Assembly (NCBI GenBank): GCA_934096605.1
Contig: CAKOMI010000002.1
Span: forward strand, 789-64,788
Length of the DNA: 64,000 nt
Reading direction: 5' to 3'
Source: an uncultured Bacilli bacterium
GTDB lineage: Bacteria > Bacillota_I > Bacilli_A > RF39 > UBA660
Part shown: positions 10,122-19,829 of the stretch, one piece after another
Layout of the letters: each line of letters starts with the position of its first letter
How positions within the stretch are numbered: the stretch's first letter is position 1
Translations under genes and position numbers: made by a program
Notes under the pieces: generated by a model
Databases searched by the model: none
What the model saw: only the letters and a program-made list of their open reading frames with translations
Told to the model about the DNA's origin: nothing

Positions 10122-10564
10122 TGAGAGAATCATATTGGGGTTATTGGATAATCTTACTTGGTATATTTGTTATTGTAATAATGATGCTTGTATCAAATGT
10201 TACGACCACAAATACACAAGATTATTATCTTATTAAAGAGGTTACGGAAGCTTCAATGGTAGATGCGGTAGATTTATCTTACTACCGTACTACTGGCGAA
10301 CTTAGAATAAATTCTGATAAGTTTGTGGAAAGCTTTTTAAGAAGATTTGCAGAAAACGTAGAAATGAATACTTATCAAGTTGATTTCTATGGTATATATG
10401 AAGCTCCTCCTAAAGTAAGTGTTAAAGTTACTACTAAGAGTGCAACATATTCTGTAGCGTCTGATTCTACGTCTTTTGATATTACTAATAAAGTAGATGC
10501 AATATTAGAACTTAATGGTGTTGTAGAAGATTCTGGATCACAGGATAATAATATTACACCTTAA
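10121..10564 (+). CDS. pseudopilin-like protein (TadE/TadF size class) with MRESYWG leader
   Basis: Start overlaps the previous stop (TAATG). The N-terminus MRESYWG-YWIILLGIFVIVIMML parallels the N-termini of ORFs 38246 and 38755. Confidence 0.55.
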   Translation: MRESYWGYWIILLGIFVIVIMMLVSNVTTTNTQDYYLIKEVTEASMVDAVDLSYYRTTGELRINSDKFVESFLRRFAENVEMNTYQVDFYGIYEAPPKVSVKVTTKSATYSVASDSTSFDITNKVDAILELNGVVEDSGSQDNNITP

Positions 10565-10579
10565 TAAGGAGGAATGAAA

Positions 10580-11422
10580 ATGGGGAATATTCTCGTAAAA
10601 GTAAAAAGATTTTTAAGTAACAAGAATACTGTAACAATACTATGTGTTTTAGCAGGTATTCTTGTTCTTTATATTGGTTATAATTGGCGAGTTAAGTCAG
10701 CGACTGAACCAATTCGTATACCTTATGCCAAGACTGCTTTAGCTTCAAGACATAAAATTACTCGTGATGATATTGGATATATGGAGGTTAGTGGTACTGT
10801 TGTTAGTAAAATGGGTAACGTTATACGTAATCAAAATGAATTGATTGATAAAGAGGTTACTTATGGTAATACTATTCAGCAAAATGCTTTTTTCTTTAAA
10901 GGGGACGTTGAAGAGGCTTCTTCTAATAAAGGAACAAGTTCACTACTTTCAAATATTTCTGATGGTTATACGTTAGTTTATTTAGACGTTGACTTACATA
11001 GTACTTTTGGTAATGCTATATATCCTGGTAATTATATTGATTTATGGTTTGAAGGAAAAGACGAAAATGGGCGTTATATATATGGTAAGTTTATTCAAAG
11101 TATAAAAGTACTTGATGTTACTGATAGTGATGGTAATTCTGTTTTTGAAACAGGTAGTGAAAGTAGAACACCAGCACAGCTATTATTTGCAGTGCCAGAT
11201 GATTTGAAATCATTACTTGAAAAAGCTAAATTGGTCGGAAAATTAATACCAGTTCCTAGAAATAAAAGCTATTCACAAAATCCTGGTGCTACTGAAGTGG
11301 CTAGTTCTTATCTAGAAAATTATATTATCGCTAAATCAGCTATTATTCCTGATGAAAATATAACTGATAATACTGATGAGAATGATGATACACTAGAGAG
11401 TGATGGTGATACTAATGAATAG
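10580..11422 (+). CDS. cpaB: Flp pilus assembly protein CpaB/RcpC-like (SAF domain), paralog 1
   Basis: ATG 10580 lies 7 nt after AAGGAGG. N-terminal TM, then a SAF-like segment (IRIPYAKTALASRHKITRDDIGYMEV), then ..GYTLVYLDVD..GNAIYPGNYIDLWF..IKVLDV..AQLLFAVPDD..L..AK.VGKL.PVPRN. This matches the CpaB architecture. Confidence 0.75.
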   Translation: MGNILVKVKRFLSNKNTVTILCVLAGILVLYIGYNWRVKSATEPIRIPYAKTALASRHKITRDDIGYMEVSGTVVSKMGNVIRNQNELIDKEVTYGNTIQQNAFFFKGDVEEASSNKGTSSLLSNISDGYTLVYLDVDLHSTFGNAIYPGNYIDLWFEGKDENGRYIYGKFIQSIKVLDVTDSDGNSVFETGSESRTPAQLLFAVPDDLKSLLEKAKLVGKLIPVPRNKSYSQNPGATEVASSYLENYIIAKSAIIPDENITDNTDENDDTLESDGDTNE

Positions 11423-12239
11423 TACTTTAACTAAATTAAAAAGATTTATAGGTAATAAAAATACAGTTACTATTTTGTGTGTTATTGCAGGGGTTGTTGT
11501 TTTATACGTAGGTTATAATTATCGTGTAAAATCGAAAATTAATCCAACTACTGTACCTTATGCTAAAGTTAAATTAGAAGCTAGACATGTTATTACTGCT
11601 GATGATATTGGTTATATGGAAGTTAATAGTGACGTCATTAATAAGAGTACTAATTTAATTAAAAATGCTAAAAGCTTAATTGGAATGGAGGTTACTTATG
11701 GTAATACCATCCAACAAAATAGTTTGTTTTATACTGGTGATTTAACAGAAGCAACATTATCACCAGATTATGTTTTAAGTGATATTGAAGATGGTTATAC
11801 GGCATTCTCTTTAAGTGTTGATACTTATACTACTTATGGTAATGCGATTAAGAAAAATAACTATATTGATTTATGGTTTAATGGTACTGATGATAGTAAA
11901 AAAATAATTTATACTAACTTAGTTAAAAGTATTAAAGTTTTAGACGTAAGAGATGCCTCTGGTGTTTCTTTAGATAATCCAAGTAGTACTGGTGAACCAG
12001 CCGAATTATTATTTGCTGTACCAGATGACTTATATGTATTGCTTGTAAAAGCACTTAATGTGGGTAAATTAGAGCCTGTTCCTAGAAATGCTAACTATAC
12101 GGCTAAGCCTGGAGAAACGCAAGTTGTTAGTGACTATGTTAAGGATTATATTTTATCTAAATCAGTAACTATTCCAGAAGATAGTACTAATAGTAGTGAT
12201 AATACTGATGCTACTGATGAAACTGATATTACAGAATAA
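11415..12239 (+). CDS. cpaB: CpaB/RcpC-like protein, paralog 2 (tandem duplicate)
   Basis: Collinear with the previous ORF (KRFIGNKNTVTILCV.., GNTIQQN, NYIDLWF, IKVLDV, ELLFAVPDDL, PVPRN). Likely start MNSTLTKLKRF at 11415. Confidence 0.75.
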   Translation: MNSTLTKLKRFIGNKNTVTILCVIAGVVVLYVGYNYRVKSKINPTTVPYAKVKLEARHVITADDIGYMEVNSDVINKSTNLIKNAKSLIGMEVTYGNTIQQNSLFYTGDLTEATLSPDYVLSDIEDGYTAFSLSVDTYTTYGNAIKKNNYIDLWFNGTDDSKKIIYTNLVKSIKVLDVRDASGVSLDNPSSTGEPAELLFAVPDDLYVLLVKALNVGKLEPVPRNANYTAKPGETQVVSDYVKDYILSKSVTIPEDSTNSSDNTDATDETDITE

Positions 12240-12256
12240 GAATAAGGGGTGATATA

Positions 12257-13363
12257 ATGAATGATGCTGTATTTTCTCAATTAGATTTTGGACCTCTAGA
12301 AGAGTTTTTAAGAGAAGATAATGTAACTGATATCTCCTATACTAATGGAGGACAGGTTTGGTTAAAGACATTAGATAAAGGTGTGTATCAAGTTGATCGC
12401 CCAGAGATAAATAATGCTTTAATGGAAAAGTTAGCATTTCAATGTGCTAATGTTATGGGTAAGACTTTTAATATGGCCCATCCAATGCTCGATGCTGAAA
12501 GTGCAGAGTTACGTCTTAACTTTATACATGATTCTATTGCTACAAATGGCATAGCGTGTGTTATAAGAAAGACGCCAGCCAAAATCAGATTAAATAAAGA
12601 AAAGTTATTAAATGAAAAATATGTTACAAAATCTATTCATGAGTTTTTAATGAAATGTGTTGAAGGACACGCCAATATTATCGTAAGTGGTGAGACTGGC
12701 TCAGGTAAAACAGAACTTGTTAAATATTTAGCTAGTCATATTAAAGAAAATGAAAAGATTATTACAATTGAAGATACACTAGAACTACACTTGGATAGAA
12801 TATTTCCACACCGTGATATTGTAGCTTTAAAAACAAATAATATTGCTAGTTATAGTGACGTTTTAGTGGCTTGTATGCGACAAAACCCAATTTGGATATT
12901 ACTTTCAGAGGTTCGTTCAGCGGAAGCCGTTATGGCGGTTCGTAACTCGATATCTTCTGGACACCACATCTTATCAACCATCCACTCAGATAAAGCAAGT
13001 TTAATTCCGATGCGTATGTTTTCTTTGATTGAAAGTAATATTGACGTTGAACAATTCGTTACGACAATCCATCGTTATGTACAAATTGGTATTTATGTTA
13101 AAGGTTATATGAGTAAGGAACTAGGTAGATTTCAACGTGAGATTTTAGAGGTATGTGAATTTTACGTAGATGAACATAATAAACCACAAGTAAATACAAT
13201 TTATAAAAAGACTTTAACTGGTGATATTACAATGAATAATCCAACTAAGTATTTGAGAGATTATTTAGGAATAAGTGGTATTATTCTTGATGATGACATC
13301 TTTAAATTGGACGAAGGAGCTGTTGATACCAAGGCTCCAGTAGGGTCCATAGAAACACTTTAG
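12257..13363 (+). CDS. tadA: TadA/CpaF/VirB11-family secretion ATPase
   Basis: Walker A GETGSGKTE, Asp box IITIEDTLEL, Walker B/His box region ..ILLSEVR....SGHHILSTIHS. This is the T2SS/T4SS 'E' ATPase fold. Confidence 0.85.
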   Translation: MNDAVFSQLDFGPLEEFLREDNVTDISYTNGGQVWLKTLDKGVYQVDRPEINNALMEKLAFQCANVMGKTFNMAHPMLDAESAELRLNFIHDSIATNGIACVIRKTPAKIRLNKEKLLNEKYVTKSIHEFLMKCVEGHANIIVSGETGSGKTELVKYLASHIKENEKIITIEDTLELHLDRIFPHRDIVALKTNNIASYSDVLVACMRQNPIWILLSEVRSAEAVMAVRNSISSGHHILSTIHSDKASLIPMRMFSLIESNIDVEQFVTTIHRYVQIGIYVKGYMSKELGRFQREILEVCEFYVDEHNKPQVNTIYKKTLTGDITMNNPTKYLRDYLGISGIILDDDIFKLDEGAVDTKAPVGSIETL

Positions 13364-13372
13364 AGGTGGCGT

Positions 13373-14269
13373 ATGATAGAACTTTTATTACTTGTTGGTC
13401 TTGCTGTTTTTGCTCTTAGTTATAGGTTTAATAATGGTGAGAATGTTTATAAATTCTTTGTTACACAAGTAAGTTCTGCATATGATAAATATGCTCCTTA
13501 CTCATTTAAAGAGGTAAGAAAGAAAACTAAGGAACTTGGTCAAGAGTATACAGCTAAACAATATATAGCTCAAGTTGTTGTGTTTGCCGTGGTGGCTTTT
13601 GGTATTACATATTTATATTTTTATAACATTATTATTGCAATTATTTATGCTTTAATTGCTATTGCTTTTATTCCTTATTTAGCTTATTTAAGATGCCAAA
13701 AGGTTTATAGTGAATTTATTTTTGAACAAATTCAAATTTACACGACTAATGTTATTATGGAATTTAATACCACACAGAGTTTTGTTAAATCCTTAGAAGG
13801 TGTTAGAGACTCAGGTATATTAGAAGATCCAGTTTTAAGTGATGTTAAAACAATGATTGATATGTCTTATCAAAATGGTACAATTGATGAATCAGTAGAG
13901 TTTTTTAATCATAAATATCCTTTTTATATGGTTAAGAATATGAATCAATTATTCTTACAAATTACTAAGGAAGGTGCGAAAGACTCAGGACAAGCCCTAG
14001 AAAATATGTCTTTAGATATCGATGCCTTAGTAGAAGGTGTTTATAGAGACCAAATTGATAGAAAAGAGTTTCATCGAAGATTTGTTACATTTGGACTTGC
14101 CTTATTCCTACTTGTTATGGCAATGCAGTTTTTGCTCGGAACGGACTCTTATATTGAGTTACTTGATAATATTTTTGTTCAGCTAATTTTACACGCGATT
14201 ATTATTATTAACTGTTTCTTCTTAGTTAGTGGTGAAAAATTCTACTATGAAGATGTGGGGGTGGAATAA
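13373..14269 (+). CDS. tadB: TadB-like polytopic membrane platform protein
   Basis: Immediately follows the ATPase. It has N- and C-terminal TM clusters flanking a soluble helical domain, the T2SS-F-like topology. Assignment rests on position and topology only. Confidence 0.55.
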   Translation: MIELLLLVGLAVFALSYRFNNGENVYKFFVTQVSSAYDKYAPYSFKEVRKKTKELGQEYTAKQYIAQVVVFAVVAFGITYLYFYNIIIAIIYALIAIAFIPYLAYLRCQKVYSEFIFEQIQIYTTNVIMEFNTTQSFVKSLEGVRDSGILEDPVLSDVKTMIDMSYQNGTIDESVEFFNHKYPFYMVKNMNQLFLQITKEGAKDSGQALENMSLDIDALVEGVYRDQIDRKEFHRRFVTFGLALFLLVMAMQFLLGTDSYIELLDNIFVQLILHAIIIINCFFLVSGEKFYYEDVGVE

Positions 14270-15057
14270 TGTATTGGGAGGTTTTTGCACTAGCTGCAAT
14301 CTTATTATTTGCTCTTAATTATACTGGTAAGATTAGTGCTAATAGGTTTGTGTCTGATAATGAAGTATATTTTCGAAAATTAAAAGAAAGTGATTGGGAT
14401 TTTTATGTTAAAGCTCGTTATGGTGATACTGTAAATCCAGATTTTCTATTTAACAAACGAATTAAAAATGGGTTAGTAACCATTGTTGTTATGTTATGTT
14501 TTTTTATTTCTAACTTGTCATACATTACTATTTTATTCAGTGTTTTAGCAGGTTTCTTAGTATTTAAACTTGATTATTCTAATATTAAAAAATACTATAA
14601 AAGACATTTAAGTGAAATAGATTCAATGTTACCACATTATTTAAAAAGTTTAGAGATTTTGATTCAACACTATACAGTTCCAGTGGCACTTGGTAAAAGT
14701 ATTGAAGATGCTCCACCTATATTTAAAGAAGGATTACAAGAATTAATAACCCAAATTAATGAAGGGGATGATTCAATTAATCCATACATGCAATTTGCTA
14801 GAACTTATCCAGTAAGGGATTCAATGCGAATGATGCGTCTTTTGTATCGTTTATCATTAGGTCGTCAAGAACATAAACAAGAACAATTACTAACATTTTC
14901 GAAGACTATTTCTAATTTACAACAAAAAGCGCGTGAATTAAAATATAAACAACGTCTTGAGAAGATGGAAGGTAAAACAATGAAAATGTTAATTACTACA
15001 GGTTTAGGGGTTATGATTTTGCTAGTCTTTGCGGTTTTAATGATGATGAATATGTAA
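14269..15057 (+). CDS. tadC: TadC-like polytopic membrane platform protein
   Basis: Start overlaps the previous stop (TAATG). Topology is similar to the previous ORF. Last gene before the terminator. Confidence 0.55.
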   Translation: MYWEVFALAAILLFALNYTGKISANRFVSDNEVYFRKLKESDWDFYVKARYGDTVNPDFLFNKRIKNGLVTIVVMLCFFISNLSYITILFSVLAGFLVFKLDYSNIKKYYKRHLSEIDSMLPHYLKSLEILIQHYTVPVALGKSIEDAPPIFKEGLQELITQINEGDDSINPYMQFARTYPVRDSMRMMRLLYRLSLGRQEHKQEQLLTFSKTISNLQQKARELKYKQRLEKMEGKTMKMLITTGLGVMILLVFAVLMMMNM

Positions 15058-15082
15058 GAGGAAAAAATCCTCTTTTCTTTTT
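15057..15082 (+). terminator. intrinsic terminator ending the pilus motor operon
   Basis: agagga-aaaaa-tcctct followed by tttcttttt. Confidence 0.6.
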
Positions 15083-15128
15083 GGCTTTTTTGGTGTAGAA
15101 TAGATATTCAAAAAGAGGGGGGATTATT

Positions 15129-15854
15129 ATGACTTTTGGCTATGAGCTTGAATTTTGTGGTGCTTCATTAAGTAAATTAACGGAAATACTAAGAGTTAAC
15201 CTTAAAACAAAAACGTCTAAAATTAATTATCAAAATTTTAATTTAATGACTGAGGTTGGTGTTACTAACGAAAAATATGCAGGCGGTGAACTTATTTCAC
15301 CAATTTATACGGATTTACAATTATGTCTTAAAGAACTTAAAGATAAACTGATTTTCTTAAAAGATAATGGGGCATATATTCCTTTAAATTCTTCAATGAC
15401 AGGCTTTCATATTCATGTAGGAAAAGATATTTTGGTTAATCAAAAACATTATGAACATTTACTTAAATTCTTATATGCTTTTGAATATGAAATATATGAG
15501 TTAGCTTGCTATGGCAAGATAATAAGATCTAATTTTTGGAATAATGCTCATCCTTTAGATTTTAACGATATAATTGGCTTTCTTGCTAATTATCCTAGTA
15601 CAACTATCTTTAGTTCTAAGAAAAATGCTTTTAGAATCGATAGAGAAACCTATGAACTTCGTTACTTTAATAGTTCCCTTGTTTATAGTGAGCTTGAAAG
15701 TGCTTTATATTTTGCTACACAACTTAGTCAATATGTTGTAAGTGATAACTTTGATACGGAGAGAATTGAACGATATTTTCAAAATAGAGATTACTATGGA
15801 AAAAGATATAATTATGATCGGGATGAGTTTATGCGAAGAGAATTAAAGTTATAA
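15129..15854 (+). CDS. amidoligase-family enzyme (Amidoligase_2, glutamine-synthetase-like fold)
   Basis: N-terminal FGYELEF (G-x-E-x-E), GGELISPIY, and TGFHIHVG, matching the motif series of the putative amidoligase family. Confidence 0.6.
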   Translation: MTFGYELEFCGASLSKLTEILRVNLKTKTSKINYQNFNLMTEVGVTNEKYAGGELISPIYTDLQLCLKELKDKLIFLKDNGAYIPLNSSMTGFHIHVGKDILVNQKHYEHLLKFLYAFEYEIYELACYGKIIRSNFWNNAHPLDFNDIIGFLANYPSTTIFSSKKNAFRIDRETYELRYFNSSLVYSELESALYFATQLSQYVVSDNFDTERIERYFQNRDYYGKRYNYDRDEFMRRELKL

Positions 15855-15918
15855 TTTTTCTGGGTATATATTATATGCAAAACAAAATTATCTGCATACT
15901 TTATAATAGGTGATGGTT

Positions 15919-16173
15919 ATGAAAAAAATATCTATTACTGATTATAATAAGAATATGGGTACATTGATTGATTTGTCCAGTCCACAAGATTTTATCATTA
16001 GTCATGATCCTGATGCAGTAAATATTCCTTATCAAAAATTTATGCTATATTATGATGGCTATTTAAAGAAGGATAAACCTTATTTCTTTATTTGTTCAAA
16101 AGGTGTTCATAGTGCCAAAGTAGTTGGTATGCTTGAATATTTTGGGTATAATGTGACACAAGTTTTACATTAA
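15919..16173 (+). CDS. single-domain rhodanese-like sulfurtransferase
   Basis: ~84 aa. Active-site loop FFICSKGVHS (Cys loop) followed by ..LEYFGY. ATG 15919 lies 5 nt after aggtga. Confidence 0.65.
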   Translation: MKKISITDYNKNMGTLIDLSSPQDFIISHDPDAVNIPYQKFMLYYDGYLKKDKPYFFICSKGVHSAKVVGMLEYFGYNVTQVLH

Positions 16174-16243
16174 ATAAGACTTGTGTTTTTCTTTTTCTTG
16201 CATAGTATACGTTTGTTTGGTATCCTTATACTGGAGGTTAGTT

Positions 16244-17326
16244 ATGGAATATGTAATTATAGGGTTACTTGTAATAGTAATTGTATGTTTAATTGTGGTA
16301 CTTTTAAAAGTAGAAAAAAATACGAAAGGAGATCAAACTGTTAGTGCAGAACTTTTAAAATTTCAAAATGAACTTACAAAAGAAATAGGAGACTTTAAGT
16401 ACGAGTTTAGTGATAAGTTAATGAAAGATTTTAATACTTTAAATGATCGCATTGAATACCGACTTAATTTAATGAATGAAAAAGTTAATACTAGGTTAGA
16501 TGAAAATTTTGATAAAACTAATAAAACTTTTGCAAGTGTGTTAGAGAGACTATCAAAGATTGATGAAGCACAGAAGAAAATAGATAGTTTGTCGACTGAC
16601 ATTGTGTCTTTACAGAGTGTTTTAACTGATAAAAAAACAAGAGGTATTTTTGGCGAGGTTAATTTAAATTATATTTTAACAAGTGTTTTTGGCGAGAATA
16701 ATAGTAAAATATATGAAATTCAATATAAGTTAAGTAATGGTTTTATTGCAGATTCAATATTGCATGCGCCAGAGCCACTTGGTAATATTTGTATTGATTC
16801 TAAGTTTCCTTTAGAAAATTATGAGAGAATGACTAATAAGTCTTTATCATTAAAAGAAAGAGAAGATGCGACTAAATCTTTTAAAGCAGACGTTAAAAAA
16901 CATATTGAGGCTATATCACATAAGTATATAATACCTGGTGAAACGGCTAATCAAGCTATTTTATTTTTACCAGCTGAAGCCATTTTTGCAGAGATTAATG
17001 CTTATCATCCGGATTTAATAACAGAAGCTTATAATAAAAGAGTGTGGATTACATCGCCAACTACTTTAATGAGTACTTTAACAACTATTAATATGATTAT
17101 TAAGAATATGGAAAGAGATAAGTATGCTAAGGTTATTCAGGAAGAATTAGTTAAATTAGCAATTGAATTTAACCGTTATAAAGAAAGATGGGATAAGTTA
17201 TCAAGAAGCATTGATTCCGTAAGCAATGACGTTAGAGATATTCATATTACAACTGATAAAATTACAAAACGATTTGATGCAATTAACCAAGTAGAGATGC
17301 AGACTTTAGAAAATAAAGAAAAATAA
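16244..17326 (+). CDS. rmuC: DNA recombination protein RmuC
   Basis: N-terminal TM, a long coiled coil, and the conserved C-terminal RmuC core (..RGIFGEVNL..IL, DSKFPLENY, ILFLPAEAIFAE, VWITSPTTLM). ATG 16244 follows ctggagg. Confidence 0.85.
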   Translation: MEYVIIGLLVIVIVCLIVVLLKVEKNTKGDQTVSAELLKFQNELTKEIGDFKYEFSDKLMKDFNTLNDRIEYRLNLMNEKVNTRLDENFDKTNKTFASVLERLSKIDEAQKKIDSLSTDIVSLQSVLTDKKTRGIFGEVNLNYILTSVFGENNSKIYEIQYKLSNGFIADSILHAPEPLGNICIDSKFPLENYERMTNKSLSLKEREDATKSFKADVKKHIEAISHKYIIPGETANQAILFLPAEAIFAEINAYHPDLITEAYNKRVWITSPTTLMSTLTTINMIIKNMERDKYAKVIQEELVKLAIEFNRYKERWDKLSRSIDSVSNDVRDIHITTDKITKRFDAINQVEMQTLENKEK

Positions 17327-17352
17327 AAAGACTTTTTTGAAAGTCTTTTTTC
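17327..17352. terminator. bidirectional terminator between rmuC and uppP
   Basis: aaagactt-ttttga-aagtcttt with flanking A and T runs. Confidence 0.5.
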
Positions 17353-18164
17353 TAACGGAAATATATTAAAACAAATAATGATAAGATAAAACAATAGATA
17401 GAGAATTTCCAAAGTTTGCCTTTTTTTACTAATCTAGATAACCAGTTATATGAGAAGTAAGTAACAATTCCCGCGGCGATTAAGCCTAATGTGTAAGGTA
17501 ATAAGACGTTACTTAAAGAGCCTGCTTCAATTAAATCTTTAACACCTAAAATCATTGAGGCGGCACTGACAGGGAAATATAACATGAAAGTATATTTTAA
17601 AGAAGCTTCACGTGATAATTTACATAGTAAGCAACCAACTAACACAGTACCGCTTCTACTGATACCAGGCATTAAGGCTACCATTTGCATAAGACCTATG
17701 ATACATGCATCTTTAATAGTTATGTCATAATCACCTTTTTTACCTTGAGCATTTTTAACAAGAAATAACATAATACTAGTTAGAAGAAAGGCAAAACCTA
17801 GAAATTGCATGTTACCTGATAAAGTATCAATTTTATCTTTAAATAAGATGCCGGCAATACCAACTGGAATACTACCAATTATAATCATTAAACAATATTT
17901 GAAATCTTTAAGATATTTCTTTCTTTCATCTTTCTTAAAAATATATAAGAAAAACGCTTTAACTAACTTAACTATGTCTTGCCAAAATATTAATAAGATA
18001 GCTAGAAAAGAACCAAAATTTACAATTATCTCAAAGTTAACGTCATTTAACATATTGGTATTAAAAACATTTTTAAATAATACTAAATGACCACTTGAAG
18101 AAATTGGTAAGGGTTCTGTTAACCCTTGTAAAATTCCTAATAAGATATATTTTATTAAATCCAT
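17352..18164 (-). CDS. uppP: undecaprenyl-diphosphate phosphatase
   Basis: GLTEPLPISSSGHL and PGISRSGT motifs, 8-TM BacA/UppP family. Likely start MDLIKY.. 6 nt after aaggtg. Confidence 0.9.
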   Translation of the reverse strand: MDLIKYILLGILQGLTEPLPISSSGHLVLFKNVFNTNMLNDVNFEIIVNFGSFLAILLIFWQDIVKLVKAFFLYIFKKDERKKYLKDFKYCLMIIIGSIPVGIAGILFKDKIDTLSGNMQFLGFAFLLTSIMLFLVKNAQGKKGDYDITIKDACIIGLMQMVALMPGISRSGTVLVGCLLCKLSREASLKYTFMLYFPVSAASMILGVKDLIEAGSLSNVLLPYTLGLIAAGIVTYFSYNWLSRLVKKGKLWKFSIYCFILSLFVLIYFR

Positions 18165-18229
18165 ATTCATCACCTTACAACATTATATACTAAAATTATA
18201 ATTTAATAAATAAAATATTATAGATAGTT

Positions 18230-18448
18230 ATGAAAAAAATAATTTATTTTATAGTAGGAGTATTTTTAGTTTCTTTTGGTCTTACTTTTTGTTTTCTTTA
18301 TTTAAATCTTTTATATTTTGGGTATAATTTTTTTTCATATGTCCAATTTATTTGTAAGAGAGTAGAATGTTTAGTTTTATTAGTAGGTTTATTGTTTATA
18401 TTTTTAGCATTTAAGAAAGAGAGGACTTGTAATGCAATATTATTATGA
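18230..18448 (+). CDS. small two-TM membrane protein (hypothetical)
   Basis: ORF with two hydrophobic spans. It overlaps the next ORF by 17 nt. No family recognised. Confidence 0.4.
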   Translation: MKKIIYFIVGVFLVSFGLTFCFLYLNLLYFGYNFFSYVQFICKRVECLVLLVGLLFIFLAFKKERTCNAILL

Positions 18449-19043
18449 TTTATTAGGAAATTTTTCTGAATATATTTTAAAGTTTTATGAATGGGAGAAT
18501 GATGACGAGATTGTTAATATAAAGAAAATCCCATTTATAAAAATAAGTAAAGAAGATATGCGAGTATTACTTACTTGTAATGTTTCTTTGGAAATGGACA
18601 ATATTATTAAAAATAGTAAAGATAAAACAAATTATTTACTTTTTTCAACTGGGTGTGATGCGTTAATGGTGGAGTTAAATCAAGATGGTAATGTTATGTA
18701 TTATAGTTCTTTGTTAATTGAAGATGAGTTAGAAGTTAATGAGATGGCACATAGTATGAATGTTACAAAGTTAAAGTTTAGAGTGTTGGGTAAACTTAAA
18801 ACATTAAGTGATTATAGGCAAGGAGAAAAAGCAAAGAATTTAATTATTCATGAACTTAAGAAGATAAAGGATAATGATAATGTAGATGAATGTTTATATT
18901 ATTATTATGAGTGGTTTCATGTTAGTACAGATGATTATGATAAGGCTATTAAAAAAATGTTTTTAGAAATTAAGAAGCCTTTTAATAAAGATACGGAAAG
19001 AATAGAAAAGTTAATTAGACTTTCTTATAAGGAAAAATTATGA
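18432..19043 (+). CDS. hypothetical cytoplasmic protein
   Basis: 203-aa ORF, coupled to the downstream lipoprotein gene (ATGA overlap). No motif recognised. Confidence 0.5.
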   Translation: MQYYYDLLGNFSEYILKFYEWENDDEIVNIKKIPFIKISKEDMRVLLTCNVSLEMDNIIKNSKDKTNYLLFSTGCDALMVELNQDGNVMYYSSLLIEDELEVNEMAHSMNVTKLKFRVLGKLKTLSDYRQGEKAKNLIIHELKKIKDNDNVDECLYYYYEWFHVSTDDYDKAIKKMFLEIKKPFNKDTERIEKLIRLSYKEKL

Positions 19044-19567
19044 AAAGAATAATATTGTTAATAATTTGTTTTTTAGTGTGTGGTTGTACAAAAAATGAGG
19101 CTGTGACACCAGTAAAAGAGTACTTTAACGATTATAAAAATCATAATGTAAATGTTACTAAGTCTCTTGATGAATTAATAAGTCATGAGAACTTAACAAG
19201 TGATATGCAAAGTATGTATAAGTCAGTGATGAAAAGGCTTTACTATGATTTAGAATATGAAGTAACCGAGGAAACTTTTAATGGGGATAAGGCTACTATA
19301 ACTGTTAATGTTACAACATATGACTATAATAATAGTAAGAAGAAGGCTTTACAATATAAGAATAGTCATAGTAATGAGTTTTTAAATGATGATAAAACAT
19401 TTAATGATACTAAGTATAAGTATTTACAATTAGAATATATGAAAAGTGAAGATAAAAGGGTCAGTTATACAATTCTTTTTAATGTTAATTTTGATGGTGA
19501 AAAGTGGGTTTTAGAAAATCCAGATTATACTGTAATTCAAAAGATACATGGAATATATGAGGAATAA
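19040..19567 (+). CDS. lipoprotein (hypothetical)
   Basis: Signal MKRIILLIICFLVCG/C with a lipobox-like LVCGC. Confidence 0.6.
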   Translation: MKRIILLIICFLVCGCTKNEAVTPVKEYFNDYKNHNVNVTKSLDELISHENLTSDMQSMYKSVMKRLYYDLEYEVTEETFNGDKATITVNVTTYDYNNSKKKALQYKNSHSNEFLNDDKTFNDTKYKYLQLEYMKSEDKRVSYTILFNVNFDGEKWVLENPDYTVIQKIHGIYEE

Positions 19568-19829
19568 ATAAAAAAAGTAACTTTGAATGAAAATAGAAAA
19601 ATTATTAAATAATTTTGAACAATTTATTAATCTTAGAGAAGGCATATCAGCCAAATATAAGTAATGTCTAGCTTATTTTAAATAGTGAATTGAAAAATAT
19701 GAATAATAGAATAAGACCTTTGTTAACATTTTTTAAAAATAAAGGTTTAATTGAAAATATTGGTTCAGATGCTAAATCTATTTGGGTTACAAAACAAAAA
19801 ACTGCAGAGATTACTGCAGAGAAATTAAA

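Noticed and set aside
16363-18090. ORFs 16363..16602(-) and 17809..18090(+)
   Set aside because: They are antisense to rmuC and uppP respectively, which both have strong family signatures.
19568-19829. Two tiny ORFs (MKIEKLLNNFEQFINLREGISAKYK and MNNRIRPLLTFFKNKGLIENIGSDAKSIWVTKQK..) that look like remnants of a wHTH/Fic-type C-terminus
   Set aside because: The fragments are too short and the similarity is only impressionistic. I cannot support a pseudogene call without a database search.
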